Positions 8,034 through 11,000 of a stretch of 11,000 bases of DNA are shown in pieces. A program made the position numbers and the translations under genes. Source of the DNA: Takakia lepidozioides (taxonomy: Eukaryota; Plantae; Bryophyta); the NCBI GenBank assembly GCA_030704615.1, contig JAKLZA010000129.1, forward strand, positions 1 to 11,000, written 5' to 3'. The notes below the pieces were generated by a model. It saw only the letters and a list, made by a program, of their open reading frames with translations, was not told the DNA's origin and searched no databases. The stretch's first letter is position 1, and every line of letters starts with the position of its first letter.

Positions 8034-9423
8034 ATGAGCTCAGGCTGCAGGTGCAGAACATTGCCACAACTACTATAGACAATGTCTATAGTAGGATAGC
8101 AGAGTTACAAGAGGATGTAGACGGACTCCAGACTCAAGTGGAAGACCTCACTTCAAACATCGACCAAAGAGTCTATATCCCTCAGGAACAGCTAATGGCT
8201 TCTTATTTACAAGCCAGAACTTTGGCTTTTCAGTCTTCACAGGAGGTGCAGGAGATGCCAATGATACAGGAGCCAGTACCACCACCACCACAACAGGTCA
8301 GTGTACCAGTAGCTGAACCTGTGGTTACTACAACCACACCACAGCCACCACAGCCGGAGGTATGGGGCAATGCCGCTTTTAACCCACCTAAAACTCCAGC
8401 TGCAAGGGAGTACAGCAGGGCTATGCTTATGCCCTTCAACCAAATTCCCATCATGTTGGATTTGGCTTGGAAAGAATTTAGTCCTCCGCAGTCATTCGCA
8501 CATTACTACCAAATCATGCGTATTTGGCTGCCAGTGGCAACTAGGACTAAAGTTCTTCCAAACAATCGACATATTGAAGATCATCACTTTGCACAATACT
8601 GGCACGAGGCAGGTACCATGTTGAGGGAATTGGTTGCTTTCCAGGTTGTACATGGACTCATTTATACCAAGACCAAGGAGATAGCAAGTATTGTCATGGG
8701 GTGCGGGCTATACTACGCTGCTTGTTTTCTGGTACGTTACCACATTGAGCAACAAAAGATGCAAACACGCTTTCAAAGTTACTCCAGTGGAGATCATTGG
8801 GTATTACCTTCGGTGCCACCTCATATGTACCTATATGACCCAAAAGTTATGATGCAAAAGGATTCTCAAATTCGTTCATGGTTTCAAGCAGCCTGCAACC
8901 ATTTGTCAACACAGAAATTCGGACTTGATGACATTTTCTATAAGGGACATGTGGCATGGAAGTACTTGCACGCTGCACCAGTAATTGGTACCCCACTCAC
9001 CTGGACAGACAAGGAGCTCAGTGTCTACACCAATTTTGCTGTTCAGCGGTTACACCAAGTTGTAAAATGCAAACTTCCAGACATGGTAGGACAGCATTGT
9101 ATGCCCCAGATGATTCCACAAAAGTTCGAAAATTAAAACACCTGAGAGGCGATGAGGATTCTGATACAACTGTTTCTTCACAGAATTCTTTTGACATGGG
9201 AGAAGACTATGCAATTCAGATGGCAGAAAAGAAGCGACGGGGGTCTCCTATGCCGGAAAGGTTACCTCGATATCAGCCTCCAGAGGGCCTCACTTATCCA
9301 GGTAGTGATCAACCATCTCCGTCAACCAGAGACAGACCTCGGGCTCGTACACACAGTCCGCCACGAAACTCTCAACGTCAACAAGGTGCTCACTCACAAA
9401 GGTTTGCTACTCGGAAACAGTAA
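5940..9423 (+). CDS. Predicted spliced accessory (env-like) protein, join(5940-7970, 8051-9085, 9184-9423), 1101 aa
   Basis: N-terminus YMLQFLQNF...TTVKGVELMITPLYLQQLFRLP and VQWADIMYNAL...GPIIAQII resembles by eye the plant TE env-like/Transposase_32-type pattern. It is followed by an acidic linker, a long Q/E/L/A coiled coil (~7260-8170), a P/Q linker, an aromatic-rich globular domain and an R/S/P tail. Both introns restore frame exactly, and the stop sits immediately before the hairpin/PPT. Confidence 0.62.
7971..8050 (+). other. Candidate intron 2 (80 nt)
   Basis: gcag|GTctgg ... gctcac ... ggctgcAG|gt, phase 0. Removes TGA 8031-8033 and gives the continuous sequence ...DNSLMQ|VQNIATTTIDNVYSRIAELQE. 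Confidence 0.55.
8030..9136 (+). CDS. 368-aa ORF of unknown function (free-standing reading; more likely an internal exon of the accessory gene)
   Basis: Long open frame with protein-like composition: coiled coil, PPPPQ linker, H/W/Y/F-rich domain. ATG overlaps the upstream stop (ATGA). No family recognised. Confidence 0.75.
   Translation: MNELRLQVQNIATTTIDNVYSRIAELQEDVDGLQTQVEDLTSNIDQRVYIPQEQLMASYLQARTLAFQSSQEVQEMPMIQEPVPPPPQQVSVPVAEPVVTTTTPQPPQPEVWGNAAFNPPKTPAAREYSRAMLMPFNQIPIMLDLAWKEFSPPQSFAHYYQIMRIWLPVATRTKVLPNNRHIEDHHFAQYWHEAGTMLRELVAFQVVHGLIYTKTKEIASIVMGCGLYYAACFLVRYHIEQQKMQTRFQSYSSGDHWVLPSVPPHMYLYDPKVMMQKDSQIRSWFQAACNHLSTQKFGLDDIFYKGHVAWKYLHAAPVIGTPLTWTDKELSVYTNFAVQRLHQVVKCKLPDMVGQHCMPQMIPQKFEN
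9086..9183 (+). other. Candidate intron 3 (98 nt)
   Basis: atg|GTagga ... ctgat branch-like site 9161-9165 ... ctgtttcttcacAG, phase 0. Removes TAA 9134-9136 and joins KLPDM|NSFDMGEDY into the frame that ends at 9423. Confidence 0.62.
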
Positions 9424-9424
9424 A

Positions 9425-9458
9425 CCGTGAGGACACGGCTTTTTGAGGGGGGAAGGGG
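9425..9458 (+). promoter_or_regulatory. Small hairpin plus polypurine tract (plus-strand primer)
   Basis: ccgtg-agga-cacgg stem-loop 9425-9438, T run, then gaggggggaagggg 9445-9458, 3 nt before TGTTA. Confidence 0.9.
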
Positions 9459-9461
9459 TAA

Positions 9462-10395
9462 TGTTAGAGGACTGTAGGGGACTTAGACACTTATACGGGA
9501 TCTGTAGGGTACCCTTAATTTTTGCACAGACTGAGACCAACAGGAGCCTTAGGGGTGACAGCAGCGCACTGTAGAGGGGGGTTACACAGCCAACACAGCC
9601 CGTCACAGTCGACACAGCCACACAGCCAGTCACAGCCTACAGCCAACACAGCCCGTCACAGCGACACAGCCGACACAGCCGTCACAGCCCGTACAGAGAC
9701 ACAGCCAACACGCCGACAAGCCCGTCACAGCCGTCACAGCAGACACAGCCACACAGCCGTCACAGCGCACAGCCCGACACAGCCAACACAGTCGCACAGC
9801 CAGTCACAGCCCGTCACAGTTCACACAGCCAGTCACAGCTTGACACAGCTGTCACAGCCCGTCACAGTTTCGCACAGCCAGTCACAACCCGTCACAGTTT
9901 CACACAGCCAGTCACAGCTTGACACAGCTGTCACGATCATAGGAACGAAGAGTAGGACAGGGAACGACTGTGGGGAACAACACCTGCGAAGGGAACATGT
10001 TAGTTCACAGACGACGGTTAGTGAGGAAAACGGTTAGAACCGCGGATAGGAAGATAAAGGGGGACTTCGGGGGAAGATGAGGATCATTATGAGGAGGAGG
10101 ACTTCTTAGTCAGGCTGGAGCGGAGATCGGAAGCAGAGATGGAGAGCACGGTGAAGGAGGAAAGAGGATTAGTAGATGCTTGTTATATGCAAAGCTGTAG
10201 TGATATTGTAGAGCAGATTGGAGACACAATGGCTTCGGCCTGATACCTGATAAATCATAATCTGATACTTATACGATACAATCACACTGTGTAGAGAGAT
10301 CTGAGTGAAGCTGTGCATTGAATGGATGAGTGAAGGAAACCGATAGATTGATGAAGCAAACTGATACTTAATTATCAATGGTAAGATAGTTAACA
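9462..10395 (+). repeat. 3' LTR of the large element (~934 bp)
   Basis: Begins TGTTA right after the PPT. The best matching inverted end is TAACA at 10391-10395. Start is well supported; end rests on a 5-bp inverted repeat because the 5' LTR is not in view. Confidence 0.72.
9583..9935 (+). repeat. CACAG(CC) tandem array in LTR U3, 7-10-bp units
   Basis: Dozens of cacagcc/gtcacag/gacacag units. Spacing is 9-10 bp from ~9800 on, with a duplicated block cacacagccagtcacagcttgacacagctgtcac (starting at 9822 and 9901). Confidence 0.95.
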
Positions 10396-10560
10396 TGAAT
10401 ACCATAAGGGAAACAAATAGGAAACAACCCCATGATACACTAGCTGTAGGTCATGACTGATTGTTCTGCGCGGGCTGAGTACTTAGAGATTTCCAACTCT
10501 TCAATCTTGGAGTTTCTGCCTCGAATAGCGAAGGGATGGGTGAGTAGAAGCCGCGCGACA
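10396..10560 (-). repeat. First ~165 bp of an LTR of a second family (minus strand), interrupted by the large element
   Basis: Minus strand begins TGTCGCGC at 10560, the exact 8-bp inverted repeat of the LTR end GCGCGACA seen before the PBS at 10989-10996. The gag-like protein sequence stops at this point. Confidence 0.6.
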
Positions 10561-10933
10561 GCCAGGTGTTGAGTGCCTTCCGATTTTGAACGCCCTCGAA
10601 GGTACCGGGTTCCTTAGGCTTCACCTTAAACTTTGCCTTAGTGGAAGTGGCATTAGCCGCCTTCAACACGTCTTTCAACGTCCCGCCAAACTGCGCCAAC
10701 AACCCTTCCCAAAAGGCTGCCGGCATGGGAGGCATCTCTTGGTTTGTCGGAGCTCTCAAGGATTCCTCGGGCTCCGACTCCTTGGATTCCTCCCGCTCTT
10801 GAGCGGCCTCGTTTTCGGAAACATTCATCGCTTCCTCGAACGGCCGCCTCGGTGACACGTCGCCCCCATCGGGCTCACCAGGATCATCATCTTTTGGGCC
10901 GTTCCGCTTTCGCTTCGGCTTGCCCGACCCCAT
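10561..10933 (-). pseudogene. gag: Truncated gag N-terminus of the second element
   Basis: ATG at 10933 (MGSGKPKRKR...). KVKPKEPGTFEGVQNRKALNTW matches the P-x-x-F-x-G...W motif that opens Ty3/Gypsy capsid domains. The remaining codons to 10451 are read-through into LTR-like DNA. Confidence 0.75.
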
Positions 10934-10974
10934 TATGAGGCCAATCCCAAGGACGATCGCGTACTGAACTCTAA

Positions 10975-10986
10975 GCTCTGATACCA
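10975..10986 (-). promoter_or_regulatory. Primer binding site complementary to initiator tRNA-Met 3' end
   Basis: Reverse complement of gctctgatacca is TGGTATCAGAGC, the standard plant iMet PBS. Confidence 0.95.
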
Positions 10987-10988
10987 AG

Positions 10989-11000
10989 TGTCGCGCACCT
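10989..11000 (-). repeat. 3' end of the 5' LTR of the second element (continues beyond the window)
   Basis: Minus strand ...aggtgcgcgaCA, then ct, then PBS. Confidence 0.85.

Larger units (their letters stand above)
1..10395 (+). mobile_element. Ty3/Gypsy LTR retrotransposon, non-chromovirus (Athila-like); 5' LTR and gag start lie upstream of the window
   Basis: Domain order gag(CCHC)-PR-RT-RH-INT is the Gypsy order. RT motifs DVFAWSY, DPFPLPF, FMDGFSGYNQ and FLDD are present. One canonical RNase H, no second archaeal-type RNase H seen (argues against Tat/Ogre), no chromodomain after INT. Extra 3' ORFs, PPT and TG-starting LTR follow. The right boundary and sub-lineage are less certain than the class. 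Confidence 0.95.
10561..11000 (-). mobile_element. 5' end of a second Ty3/Gypsy LTR retrotransposon (tRNA-Met primed, probably chromovirus-type)
   Basis: LTR end CA, 2-nt spacer, PBS TGGTATCAGAGC, short leader, gag start. GC- and CpG-rich, unlike the large element. Confidence 0.85.

Noticed and set aside
134-8624. Short antisense and alternate-frame ORFs overlapping the main frames
   Set aside because: Shadows of the purine-rich coding strand or of repeats; no recognisable motifs.
8956-9183. N-terminal half of the 155-aa ORF 8956-9423 as an independent gene
   Set aside because: It overlaps the stronger 8030-9136 frame; only its 3' part (from 9184) looks like a real coding tail.
9425-9444. 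Rho-independent terminator (hairpin plus T run)
   Set aside because: Eukaryotic context; it is the pre-PPT hairpin and U-tract of the retrotransposon.
9522-10037. 171-aa ORF in the LTR
   Set aside because: Open mainly because the CACAG repeat lacks stop codons; low-complexity translation inside an LTR.
10451-10987. 178-aa minus ORF as an intact gene
   Set aside because: It starts at a TTG overlapping the PBS and ends in LTR-like DNA; only 10933-10561 is gag-like.
10396-11000. Complete miniature (TRIM-like) element LTR-PBS-short gag-LTR
   Set aside because: No polypurine tract precedes the second LTR start at 10560, so an insertion junction fits better.

Overview
Eukaryotic (most likely land-plant) retrotransposon DNA with no host gene. 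Bases 1-~10395 (+) are the 3' part of a large non-chromovirus Ty3/Gypsy (Athila-like) LTR retrotransposon. It carries gag with three CCHC knuckles, then protease, RT, RNase H and integrase, with a single 1-nt frameshift at ~2905. The integrase frame does not stop: it runs through a 10/30-bp CACAG array and a CpG-rich promoter-like patch into an 'env-like' domain and a long coiled coil. The three downstream ORFs (5940-8033, 8030-9136, ...-9423) can be joined exactly in frame by two short GT-AG introns (7971-8050, 9086-9183), and a third candidate intron (5863-5930) lies just before the ATG. This predicts a spliced ~1101-aa accessory gene ending right at the hairpin/PPT. The 3' LTR (9462-~10395) holds a second CACAG array. 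The last ~600 bp (- strand) belong to a different, tRNA-Met-primed Ty3/Gypsy family: an LTR end, PBS and gag start, cut by what looks like an LTR of the same family, into which the big element appears to have inserted (three-level nesting). Splicing, promoter and nesting models are inferences from sequence alone.
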